Shown here in pieces: positions 22,233-37,085 of a stretch of DNA of 64,000 nucleotides. The position numbers and the translations under genes are program-made. Source of the DNA: the human T2T-CHM13v2.0 reference genome, Homo sapiens; assembly GCF_009914755.1 (NCBI RefSeq), contig NC_060926.1; one strand, written 5' to 3'. The notes below the pieces were generated by a model. It saw nothing but the letters and a program-made list of their open reading frames with translations. It had not been told where the DNA came from and did no database searches. The stretch's first letter is position 1, and each line of letters opens with the position of its first letter.

Positions 22233-22802
22233 TTAATTAATTAATTAAAAAAGTAAAATAAAATAAAAAGTTGGTTCTTTGAGGGGATCAATAAAATTGA
22301 TAAACCTCTAGCCAAATTCATCAGGGGAGAGACAGGGAGGGAGATGGAGAGAAAACATATCAGGAAGTAGAGAAGACATCATCACACATCCTGTAGACAT
22401 TAAAATGATCATAAGGTAGTATTATAACAAATTTTTGCCAATCAACTTAAGCTAAAAATAGGAGAGAGCCTTCTCAACCTGATAAAGGTTTATCATAGAT
22501 GATAAACCTACAGCTAACATCATACTTAATGGTGTAAGATTGAATGCTTTTCCCCTAAGTTGAAGAACAAGGCAAGAATGCCCACTCTAACCACTTCTAC
22601 TGAATATTGCACTAGAGGTCCTACATAGTCTAGTAAGGCAAAAAATTAAAAATTAAAGAGAAACAAGCCAGGCACTGTGGCTCATGTCTGTAATCTCAGC
22701 ACTTTGGGAGGCTGAGTTGGGAGGATTCCTTGAGCCCAGAAGTAGTTGAATACTAGAATAAATGGGTTTAGTAAGTAAGTTCACAGGTTATAAGGCCAGT
22801 AA

Positions 22803-23002
<200 letters not shown>

Positions 23003-23437
23003 TAACAATAAACAGTAAGAAATTAAAATTGAAAAAATATATACAATAGCATAAAAACATGAACTATTTAGTTATAAATTTAATGTATGTTCAAGACTTG
23101 TACATTGAAAACTACAATACATTGCTTAGAGAAAGTAAAGTAGACACAAAGAAATAGAAAGACATCTTGTATTGGAAGACTTAATATTAAGATGGCAATA
23201 CTACCCAAAGAAATCTACAGAATCTATGTAATCTCTATTAAATCCCAATGGCCTTTTTTAAAAAATAGAAAGCTAATTCTAAAAATCATATCATGGAATT
23301 GCAAGGGAGTCCAAAGAACCAACTCCCGAGTAGCTAGGACTACAGGTGCGCACCACCAAGCCCAGCTAATTTTTACATTTTTAGTAGAGATGGGGTTTCA
23401 CCATGTTGGCCAGGATGGTCTCGATTTCTTGACCTCA

Positions 23438-23851
<414 letters not shown>

Positions 23852-24347
23852 TTATATCTTTTGTGGGTGAAAAAAATGGGCAAAGGATTTGAATAGATAT
23901 TTTTCCAGAAAAAGTATACAAATGGCCAACAAGCACTTGAAAAGATGTTCAACATTATTAGTCACTAGGCAAGTGCAAACCAAAACCACAATGACGAGGT
24001 ACCACTTCATACCAATAGGATGACTATAATTTAAAACAAAGCAAAATGAAATGAAAATTAACAAATGTTGGTGAGGATGTGGAAAAGATGGAACTTTTGT
24101 ACATTGCTTGTACAAAAGTACAAGAAATATAAAATGGCACAGCCAGTTCCTCAAAAAGTTAAAAATAGAATTACCATATGACCCAGCAGTTCCACTCCTG
24201 GTATACACCCCAAAGTATTGAAAACAGCTGTCCAAGCAAAAACTTACAGATGAATATTTATAGCAGCACCATCCACAATAGCCAAAAGGTGGAAACAACC
24301 CAAATGTAAAGTATCTAATGAACAGGTAAATAAAATGTGGTGTGTGA

Positions 24348-24379
<32 letters not shown>

Positions 24380-24510
24380 TAATGGGATGTTATTCTGCCA
24401 TAAAAGGAATGAAGTACTAATGCATACTACAACATGGATAAACCTTGAAAACATTATGCTAAGTGAAAGCGACCAGACACAAAAGGCCACATATTATATG
24501 ATTCCACTTA

Positions 24511-24801
<291 letters not shown>

Positions 24802-24941
24802 TCAATAAATAAATAAATAAATAAATAATAAAAATACCCAGAATAGGCAAATCTATAACAACAGAAAGCAGATTATTGGTTGCCAGAAGAAGGAGGGAAT
24901 GGGTATGAGGAATGACTTTGGACAGCAGCTGGTCACGACCC

Positions 24942-24991
24942 TCAGGCTTTCAATCTGAGGGTCCAGGGTTCATATCCCTGTTCAGGCACCA
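24942..24991 (+). pseudogene. 3' portion of tRNA-Lys(UUU) (tRNA-Lys3) with CCA; includes the 18-nt PBS (24974-24991) of the adjacent LTR
   Basis: tcaggctttcaatctgagggtccagggttcatatccctgttcaggcacca vs tRNA-Lys3 TCAGACTTTTAATCTGAGGGTCCAGGGTTCAAGTCCCTGTTCGGGCG-CCA. Confidence 0.92.
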
Positions 24992-24994
24992 CTT

Positions 24995-25426
24995 TGCCAC
25001 AGACCCTGGTGGACTAAACAAAGGAGGATGAATGCAGGAATAAAGACAAAGACAAAAAGATCTATTTTAAAAGAAGGGGTGAGGGGGCTCCTTGCTTCTT
25101 GTGAACAAGGACCTTGAGCTTCTATAGCCCTTCGTATTTATTGAGTAAAAGAAACTGGGAGGAGGGGGTGGTTGTAGGTCAGCTGCTTGATTTAGTGCAG
25201 GCCCGCATGACTGCTTTCTTAGAACAGTAGGCTCCAGATGTTCCATTAGATACTCTCAAGGAGCTCAGCGCCAGGGAGTGATTGCCCTCAGCATACCTTC
25301 TGGCAGCAAGCGCAGATGTGAGTTTGCTCACATCCTGTATTCATGATAAACAGTTTGCTCTTTGATCATATAGCCTCCAGTGGAATGCTGAGTTGGTCAC
25401 GACCCTCAGGCTTTTGGCTCCCAACA
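24995..25426 (-). mobile_element. LTR3 (HERV-K HML-6) LTR
   Basis: Minus strand starts TGTTGGGAGCC...GTGACCAACTCAGCATTCCACTGGAGGCTATATGATCAAA and ends GGTCTGTGGCA; a Lys3 PBS follows, as expected for HML-6. Confidence 0.85.
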
Positions 25427-25714
25427 TCCAGCAGCTTTGGGGATAATGAAAATGTTCTGTTTGGCATGAAGTACAGCAAAAACAAATAAATAAATACAAA
25501 TTAAAAATGAAAAAAAATGTTCTGGGACTAGATAGTGACCATGGTTGATAGGGATATACTTAACATAAAATGTGCAAGGCTTATATACTGAAACCTATAA
25601 AATACTGCTGAGAGAAATTAAAGAACTTAACAGAGAGTTACACCATACATATGTATCAAAAGGCTTCACATATTTAAGACATCATTTCTCCTCAAAATGA
25701 TCTGTATATTCAAT

Positions 25715-25932
25715 GTAAGATTTCTCAGCAGCAGCACAAGTGACATTTTGGGATGGATGGTTCTCTTCTTTGTTGTGAAAGGCTATCCTGTGCATTGTAG
25801 GATGTTGGGCAGCATCTGTGGCCTCTACCCACTGGATGCCAGTAGCAACCCCTGGTTGTGAAAACTAAAAATTTCTCCATATATTGCCTAATATCTTCTT
25901 AGGCATAACATTATGCTTAGTTAAAAACTACT
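25715..25932. mobile_element. MER20 hAT MITE
   Basis: tgacattttggg...tcctgtgcattgtaggatgtt...gcctctacccactggatgccagtagc. Confidence 0.8.
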
Positions 25933-26033
25933 GGTTTAGGCTGGGCTGGTGGTGCACACCTGTAATCCCAGCACTTTGGGAGGCTAAGGCAGGTTGATCT
26001 CTTGAGTTCACGAGTTCAAGACTAGCCTGGTCA

Positions 26034-26366
<333 letters not shown>

Positions 26367-26603
26367 TTATTAGTTTCCTAGGGCTACTGCAACAAATTAT
26401 TCTAAAACATAGGGTGCCTTAAAGCAACAGATATGTGCTCTCTCAGAGTTACAGAGGCCAGAAGTCCAAAATCAAGGTGTGGGCAAGGCCACATCCCCTT
26501 TGAAGGCTCTACGAGAGAATCCTTCCTTGCTTCTTCCAACTTCTGTTGGCTCCTGGTTTTCCTTGGCTTGTGACAGCACAATTGCAATCTCTGACTGTCT
26601 TCA

Positions 26604-27179
26604 TGTTACAGGCATTAGAACCAGAGTGACTCCATCTTGAATAGGTGAGCCAGGAATCGTCAGGATTGGTTTTGCAAGGTACAGGACACAAAGACCTCAC
26701 TGATTAAATGAAATGCAGTAAAGAAGCCACTCAAACCCACCAAAACCAAGATGGCCATGATAGTGATCTCTGGTCATTTTCACTGCTCATTATATGCTAA
26801 TTATAATACATTAACATGCTAAAAGACAATCCCACCAGCACCATAACGGTTTACAAATGCCATGGCAACTTTGGGAAGTTACCCTATATGGTCTAAAAAA
26901 AGGGAGAAACTCTCAGTCTTGGAAACTCCCCACCCCTTTCCCAAAAAACGCATGAATAATCCACCCCTTGTTTAGCACATAGTCAAGAAATAACTGTAAG
27001 TATACTCAATCAAGCAGACCATCCTGCTGTTCTGCCTATGGCGTAGGCATTCTTTTGTTCCTTTACTTCTGCAATAAACTTGCTTTCACTTTACTCTGTG
27101 GACTTGCCCTGAATTCTTTCTTGGGTGAGATCCAAGAACCCTCTCTTGGGGTCTGGATCAGGACCCCTTTCTGGCAACA
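26604..27179 (+). mobile_element. MER41-family solo LTR (shorter U3)
   Basis: TG...CA termini, perfect TSD ttca (26600-26603, 27180-27183); homologous to 18479-19123. Confidence 0.85.
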
Positions 27180-27233
27180 TTCACATGATCCTTTGCCCTG
27201 TGTTTCTGTGTGTCCTTTTCTGACTCTTATAAG

Positions 27234-27560
27234 TGTTACTGAAATGTCACGGGTTTGGTCTATGTCTCATTGCTTAAAGCACAGACAGCCCATCACTGAG
27301 ATGGGTTATTGCCAGGGAAGAAGGCTTTAATTGGGTGCTACAGCTGAGAATAGGGGATCAGTCTCAACTTCATCTCCCAACTGACTAAAATTGGGAGGTT
27401 TTCAAAGAAGGGTGGGGATGTAGCTAATTGTGGAAAGGAATTGTTGCTGGGGGTAGGTAAGGAAGCAATCATGATGAATGAGGGGTCTGGTGTCTCACAG
27501 TCTGGATGTGGTGATCTGGTGGGTTTCAGTCCCTTGCCTGAGGGTCGGTTTCCTGAGGAG
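27234..27560 (-). mobile_element. ERV1 (MER4-group) LTR 3' part, same family as 53265-53762
   Basis: tgttactgaaatgtcacgggtttggtcta...ttgccagggaagaaggcttt is the reverse complement of the 53650-53762 segment. Confidence 0.7.
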
Positions 27561-27588
27561 ACCCCGTGTCTGTCTCTCTCTCTCTTTT

Positions 27589-27657
27589 AAAGTGAAAGCA
27601 AATTTATTAAGAAAGTAAAGGAATAAAAGAATGGCTACTCTATGGACAGAGCAGCCC
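27589..27657 (-). mobile_element. Isolated MER41 R-region fragment
   Basis: Minus strand GGGCTGCTCTGTCCATAGAGTAGCCATTC...AATAAATTTGCTTTCACTTT; flanked by ctctctttt repeats. Confidence 0.75.
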
Positions 27658-27950
27658 CTCTCTTTTTATTTAAATTTTTTTGTAGAGACAGAGTCTAGCT
27701 GTGTTGCTCAGGCTGGTCTTGAACTCTTGGTTTTAAGCAATCCTCCTGCCCTGGCCTCCTAAAGTACTGGGATTACAGGCATGAGCCACTGTGCCCAGAC
27801 CAATGATCTCATTTCAATCCTTACCTTAATTACACCCGCAAATGCCCTATTTCCAAATAAGGTCACTTTCTGAGGTTCAGGATGGACATGAACCTCGTGG
27901 GGACACTATTCAAATCACTACACAGACTTCATCAAACACTAAAAACTTTT

Positions 27951-28530
<580 letters not shown>

Positions 28531-29037
28531 CCCACAAAGTAGGCATTAAATATTAATTTAATTAAAAACAGTAATATAGGGCAGAGATTTTAGCACTTTG
28601 CCTAAAACAGTTCCATTTTTTATCTTTAGGACTGCTTTATGTAGATTTGTGGTTCTTCATTTCTATTAGGTTGTTGGTTATTAATTATTAGTAGCATCAG
28701 TGTGTTTGTCCATGGTGGAAGTATCCTCCTTCCCATGTTGTTTTCTCCTTCTATTCTGCTATGAACATGGAAACCAGATGATCAACATTATTTTATTGTT
28801 TAAAATTGTGTAGAGGTGGAAAAATTCCACCTCCATCCTCTGGGTCCCAGCTGGGCCCAATAAATATTTTTGTGTTTATTTTATTTTTGAGACAGGTTCT
28901 TGCTCTGCCACTCAGGCTGGAGTGTAGTGGTGCGATCACAGCTCACCGCAATCTCAACCTCCTGGGCTGAAGAGATCTTCTCACCTCAGCCTCTAGAGTA
29001 GCTGGGACCACAGGCATATACCACCACACCTAGATAA

Positions 29038-29184
<147 letters not shown>

Positions 29185-29450
29185 TAAACAGATCTAACAT
29201 AGATGAACAGGAGAAAAGCATAACACTGTATAAGTTTTACATGGCATAGGGGCCCTCATAAAGAAATAAAGACCTGGCCAGGCGCAGTGGCTCACACCTG
29301 TAATCCCAGCGCTTTGGGAGGCCGAGGAGGGTGGATCATGAGGCCAGGAGATCAAGACCATCCTGGCTAACACAGTGAAACCCCGTCTCTACTAAAAATA
29401 CAAAAAATTAGCTGAGTGTGGTGGCGGGCGCCTGTAGTCCCAGCTGCTCA

Positions 29451-29609
<159 letters not shown>

Positions 29610-29895
29610 TTACATGATGAGTTGGACAAAGTGTAGTGAACTATGAAAATGTGATAAGGCAAAGGAGCTTGGGCTAGGGTAGTTAATTGGGTAGAGAAGT
29701 AGCCAGGAAGATAAGGGTTAGTTTAACAAGTCTTGTTTGTATGGAATTCCTTCAGACTCAACTTTCTTATCCCTGATGATAAAGCTGTTGCATCTTTCTA
29801 GTACAGGGAGGGTGTCTTTCCCATGGGAATTTTATCTTCTGCTTTTAAGAAAGAGCACAAAGGTCAAGGTTATCTTCTTACACCTGTTGTTTTTC

Positions 29896-30066
29896 TTTTT
29901 TTGTTTTCAATAAGGAAAACAGTTCTTGGCTCACAGTTCTGCAGGTTTTACAGGAAGCATGGTGCTGACATCTGCTCAGCTTCTGGGGAAGCCTCAGGCA
30001 GCTTATAGTCATGATGGAAGGCCAAGGGGGAGCAGTGTCATCAGATGGGGAAGCAGGAGTGAGAGT
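29896..30066 (-). mobile_element. MST (MaLR) LTR R-region retrocopy with A-rich tail
   Basis: ggctcacagttctgcagg...aggaagcatggtgctgacatctgctcagcttctggggaagcctcagg; 15-bp direct repeat cacctgttgtttttc at 29881-29895 and 30067-30081. Confidence 0.8.
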
Positions 30067-30114
30067 CACCTGTTGTTTTTCAAGAGCCTTTAACTTACAT
30101 AATCAATATTCCTA

Positions 30115-30357
<243 letters not shown>

Positions 30358-31227
30358 TTAAATCATGTCCTTTTATAAAGAAAATAGATTCTTGTTGAAC
30401 TTATGCAAATAACCATTTTGCCATGAAAGTAAGAATACTCACTGATAGTTTCTAAATTCTGGAGATATCAAGCAGGGAGAAAAAAATACATGTTTCAATT
30501 CTGCTTACAATGGTGTATTTTGGCAAATTGCTGCAAGCTATATATAGTTTAAGAGAAATGAAAAAAGATTTCTTAAATCTGGAAAACAAAATGTTAAAAG
30601 AATCAGCAATGTTTCAGATAAGTAATTTTCTTTAAAAAAATCATAATTTTTTAAATCAATTCATTCAATCCCATGTAATTAATTCTTGTTTTGCTTGATC
30701 TTGAATGAGAAGTTTTATGAATCCAGTTTTTCCATTAGAATTCTGAAAGTTCTTATCCAGTCCAATGGTATGATCTTAAAGTTATCACAAACCTATATTC
30801 CAGTGGACTTGTCTGAGTCTTTTCCATAAATATTTTTGGAGATAAACAATTTTAGGCTGGGCACGATGACTTGTGCCTGTAATCCCAGCATTTTGGGAGG
30901 TCAAGATGGGAGAATTGCTTGAAGCCAGGAGTTTGAGAATGGCCTAGACAACATGATGAGACCCTGTCTTTACAACTAAAAAAAAAAAAAGACAAGAAAA
31001 AAATGAAGATAAATAATTTTGGACTATTGATTGTAAGTGCTTTCAGGAAGAATCAAAGTAAACAATTGCCATCTGCAAATGACGAAAGACTTAAAGTAGC
31101 CATAGTTAAATATCTGATGAGAGTTTTCTATAATAATAATTCAACTTGCAGGGAAATTTGCCTATATTCTGTGTCATACAACATTTTAAGATTATAACTA
31201 GAATTATGACTGATAGTGTTATATTAG

Positions 31228-31490
<263 letters not shown>

Positions 31491-32030
31491 TGAACTCCTG
31501 ACCTCAGGTGATCCACCCGCCTCAGCCTCCCAAAGTGCTGAGATTACAGGTGTGAGCCACCGTGCCTGGCTTGGAACACTTATTTTATTTTGAGACAGAG
31601 TCTTGCTCTTGTCATCCGGGCTGGAGTGCAGTGGCATGATCTCAGCTCACTGCAACTTCCGCCTCCTGGGTTCAAGTGATTCTCCTGCCTCGGCCTCCTG
31701 ACTAGCTGGGATTACAGGAGGCTGCCATAATGCCCTGCTAATTTTTGTATTTTCAGTAGAGATAGGGTTTCACCATGTTGGCCAGGCTGGTCTTGAACTC
31801 CTGACCTCAGGTGATCCACTTGCCTCAGCCTCCCAAAGAAAGCAAAGACCTTCATTGTTTATTTTCTTTATAATTTTTTCTTTTGAGACAGTCTCATTCT
31901 GTCACCCAGGCTGGAGTGCAGCAGTACAAGTACAGCTCACTACAGCCTCAATCTCCTGGGCTCAAGTGATCCTCCCACTTCAGCCTCCTGATTAGCTGGG
32001 ATCACAGGTGTGCACCATCACCCTGGCTAA

Positions 32031-32177
<147 letters not shown>

Positions 32178-32710
32178 TAACAAGGTGATGAAAGTTGAGA
32201 CAGTTAATACAAACTTCCCTGAGAGACCGCATGATGGGACAAAGAGACACTTCGTGTTACGTGCTCCTGGCCAGCTTGCTAGCCGCCAGGTGCAAGCCTA
32301 ACAATTTGTGTCTCCTGGCTGGCAGAGATTAGAGAGAATATCCTCACTGGTCACAAAGCCAAGCTCTCAAGGCATAAAACAATTCAAAAGAAACACACAA
32401 AAGAAACAGACAAGGAAAACAAGGACTATTCCAGGGAGGCTGTGGATCAATAACCAATGGGTAGCCAGAACTAAATTCACAAGAGTCACACTTCAAAGAG
32501 CCAATTCTTACAAACGGTTTTCTCCTGCCAATCCAGATTTAGAAAAGAAGGGACAAGGAAAACTTTTACCTTTCTCTCTCAACTGCGCACTACAGAGATC
32601 CAGGAGAGCTGACTTTGATAAGAATTCCTACCTCTTTCAGCTTTTGTCAGGTGTCTTGGGATCTCATCTGCAGGCTCCAGAGTGAGTAGGGTGGCCCCCA
32701 ACATTTGAGG

Positions 32711-32728
32711 ATTACATCCTCATTGCCT
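32711..32728 (-). other. Degenerate primer-binding site complementary to tRNA-Ser(GCU)
   Basis: Plus strand attacatcctcattgcct vs tRNA-Ser-GCT 3' end ATCCCATCCTCGTCGCCA; some mismatches fit CpG decay; lies 5 nt from the LTR end. Confidence 0.65.
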
Positions 32729-32843
32729 GAAAGTATAGGAGTGGAAAAATTCCACCTCCATCTTCTTAGGGTTCCAGCTGGGTCCAAGAATTAAATTGAC
32801 GTAACATAGATTAACAGAAGAAAAACATAATATTGTACTCTTA

Positions 32844-33014
<171 letters not shown>

Positions 33015-33494
33015 CTACAAAAAAAAAAAAAAAAAAAAAAGCAAAAATTAGCCAGGTGTGGTGGTGCATGCCTGTAGTCCCAGCTACTAGAGAGGCTGAG
33101 GTGGAAGGATTGCTTGAGCCCAGGAGGTCAAGGCTGCAGTGAGCTGTATTTGTGCCACTGCACTCCAGCCTGGGTGACAGAGTGAGAGCCTGTCACAAAA
33201 ATAAATAATAAAAAAGAAAAAGAAACAGCCAGTTACTTACATACTGAATTCAACAAAGAGTAATAAACTGTGAAAATGTCATAAGACACAGGGGTTTCAG
33301 CTAGGGTAGTTAATTGGGTAGAGAAGGAGTTAGGAAGTTAAGAGTTAGCTTAACAAGTTTTGTTTGTGTGGAATTCCTTCAGCCTCAACTTTGTTGTCAT
33401 TGATGATGAGGCTGTTGTATCTTTCTAGAATAGAGAGGATGTCTTCCACACGGAATTTCATTTTCTGCTTTTAAGATCACAAAGGTCAAGATGA

Positions 33495-33797
<303 letters not shown>

Positions 33798-33900
33798 TGA
33801 TTCACCTGCCTTAGCCTCCCAAAGTGCTGGAATTACAGGCCTGAGCCATTGTGCCAGGCCTAGAATAGCGTGGTTTTTTTTTTGTTTTCTTTTTTTTTGA

Positions 33901-34178
<278 letters not shown>

Positions 34179-34649
34179 TAGCGTATTTTAACCACTTCAG
34201 TTGGAATATATAAAGTGTAACTTAAGACTTGCTTATACACTTTATATATGTCGTGGTTCTTGTGACATCTATTATTGGCCTGTGCAAAGGGCTTTTTTTT
34301 TTCTTTTGTAACTATGGATAAATTACCTAACTCTGTGTGGGAAATAATAGTACCTATATTAAGGGTTGTTGTAAGGATTAAAAGTGGGAAAGATTAAGTT
34401 GAGGTAGATTTAGTATAATTCAGTTATGTATTTTTTCCATTTATTAGTTTTTAAAGTTATAAAAACAAGTTAACAAATCAATATACTGTTCTTTATTATC
34501 TAATTTACAGTAATGCAATGTCATGAGTAGCCAAATTATAAACTATTTATAGAGCAAGGAATATAGTACAAATAATGACATTCCTTTGGTAAAATGTATC
34601 TATATGCAAGTATCAAACTCTGAGGAAATCAGACATAGAACCATTACTT

Positions 34650-34941
34650 TAATTTAATTTAATTTTATCTTGAGATAAGACCTTGCTCTGTCACCCAGGT
34701 TGGAGTGCAGTGGTGTGATCATAGCTCACTGCAGCCTCAATTTCCTGGTCTCCAGTGATCCTCCTGCCTCAGCTTCCCAAGTAGCTGGGACTACAGGTGA
34801 GTGCCACCATGCTCAACTAATTTCTAAATGTTTTTTGTAGAGACATGCATGATATCACTATGTTGTCCTCAGCTCAAACAATCCTCCTGCCTTGTCTCCC
34901 CAAAGTGGTAGGATTATAGGCATGAGCCACCTCGCCCAGCC
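34650..34941 (-). mobile_element. AluJ
   Basis: Reverse dimer. Confidence 0.85.
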
Positions 34942-35322
34942 AGTTTCATTAGATATCATGAGAAAACTTTTCTTACGGATTTAATGAAAACATATAAATA
35001 AGCTGCAAAAATGAATTGATCTGGCAAGTAACATAGAATTGTGTTTTCGTTAGTGGGAAATAGACAATATTAAATAAAATGAGATAATAAAGATAAGAAT
35101 TGACAAATATTGGAATGTTTTAAAATTTTATTTTGTTCTGCAAATGGAGTATGAATAGTTTATCATATGATTTGATACAAATATTTTATAACTACCTTGT
35201 TGAAAAACACACACCACATTTGAAAGAAATCATGTAAAAGTTTTATTGGTTTCTTTTAGCTAGTGTGTCATGAAAAGTTTGGTGATCCTAAAAACATATT
35301 TTAGTTACATTTAAGATAATCA

Positions 35323-35799
<477 letters not shown>

Positions 35800-35831
35800 T
35801 CATTCCTGCTAATGATGTGAGTTTGAGATGA

Positions 35832-36172
<341 letters not shown>

Positions 36173-36392
36173 TGAAAATTTACTATATTTATATATGTAA
36201 AAGAGCTATTTTTTAGCATTTTTTAAACAGATGCTCTCTTTGCTTTGCTTTCTTAAGATCAAGGCATTTGCCAATAATTCTTAGAGGATGGAAAAGGTCT
36301 TACTCCCACCACCCCACTTACCATATATTTTATTCATGAAGACCATAACAACAAGAGCCAAAATACCCCATTCCTAAAGCCAAGTTTCACTC

Positions 36393-36697
<305 letters not shown>

Positions 36698-37068
36698 TTC
36701 ACTCTTAACAGAAGTATGTGAAAGATAGAAAAAGACTGGTTCCTTTTTGATTGTTGAAGATTTCACCTTCGTCTGATGTCTTGGTGGGTATTTATCTGAT
36801 GGTGCCATAAAATAAGATTTCAGGTGAAGAACGGGTATGCTTTCGTTTTTGAAAAGTTGGAGAAGAGCTATTGTGAACATGGGTGCTTTCCCAAGCAGGC
36901 TGATTTTAGGAAAGAGAATACATTGAAGTTGAGGATCAGATTTCCACAAAGCTATCTATAATTGAGCACCTCTTGGAAAGCATTTTGTACTCCCAACAGC
37001 ATGGGAATCCCCAGTTTGAAGACCACTGGGGTAGACTCAAAAATGGCTAACCATGCCTTAAGAAAATA

Positions 37069-37085
37069 TTGCCATCTAGTGGCAA
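37069..37085 (-). promoter_or_regulatory. Candidate CTCF binding site
   Basis: Minus strand TTGCCACTAGATGGCAA matches the CTCF core CCASYAGRKGGCR. Confidence 0.65.

Larger units (their letters stand above)
26368..27925 (-). mobile_element. MLT1 (B/C-like) MaLR LTR split by MER41, an ERV1 LTR piece and FLAM
   Basis: tattagtttcctagggct...ggccagaagtccaaaatcaaggtg; resumes at 27180-27233 and 27803-27925 (ctatttccaaataaggtcac...ggggacactattcaa). Confidence 0.75.

Noticed and set aside
23852-24490. Longest ORF (212 aa, minus strand)
   Set aside because: Antisense reading of an old L1 3' region plus a (TG)n tract.
24942-24991. Possible functional tRNA gene (loop reads anticodon TTC)
   Set aside because: Lacks the 5' half and A-box, has an encoded CCA and abuts an LTR; it is a reverse-transcribed Lys3 primer copy with point mutations.
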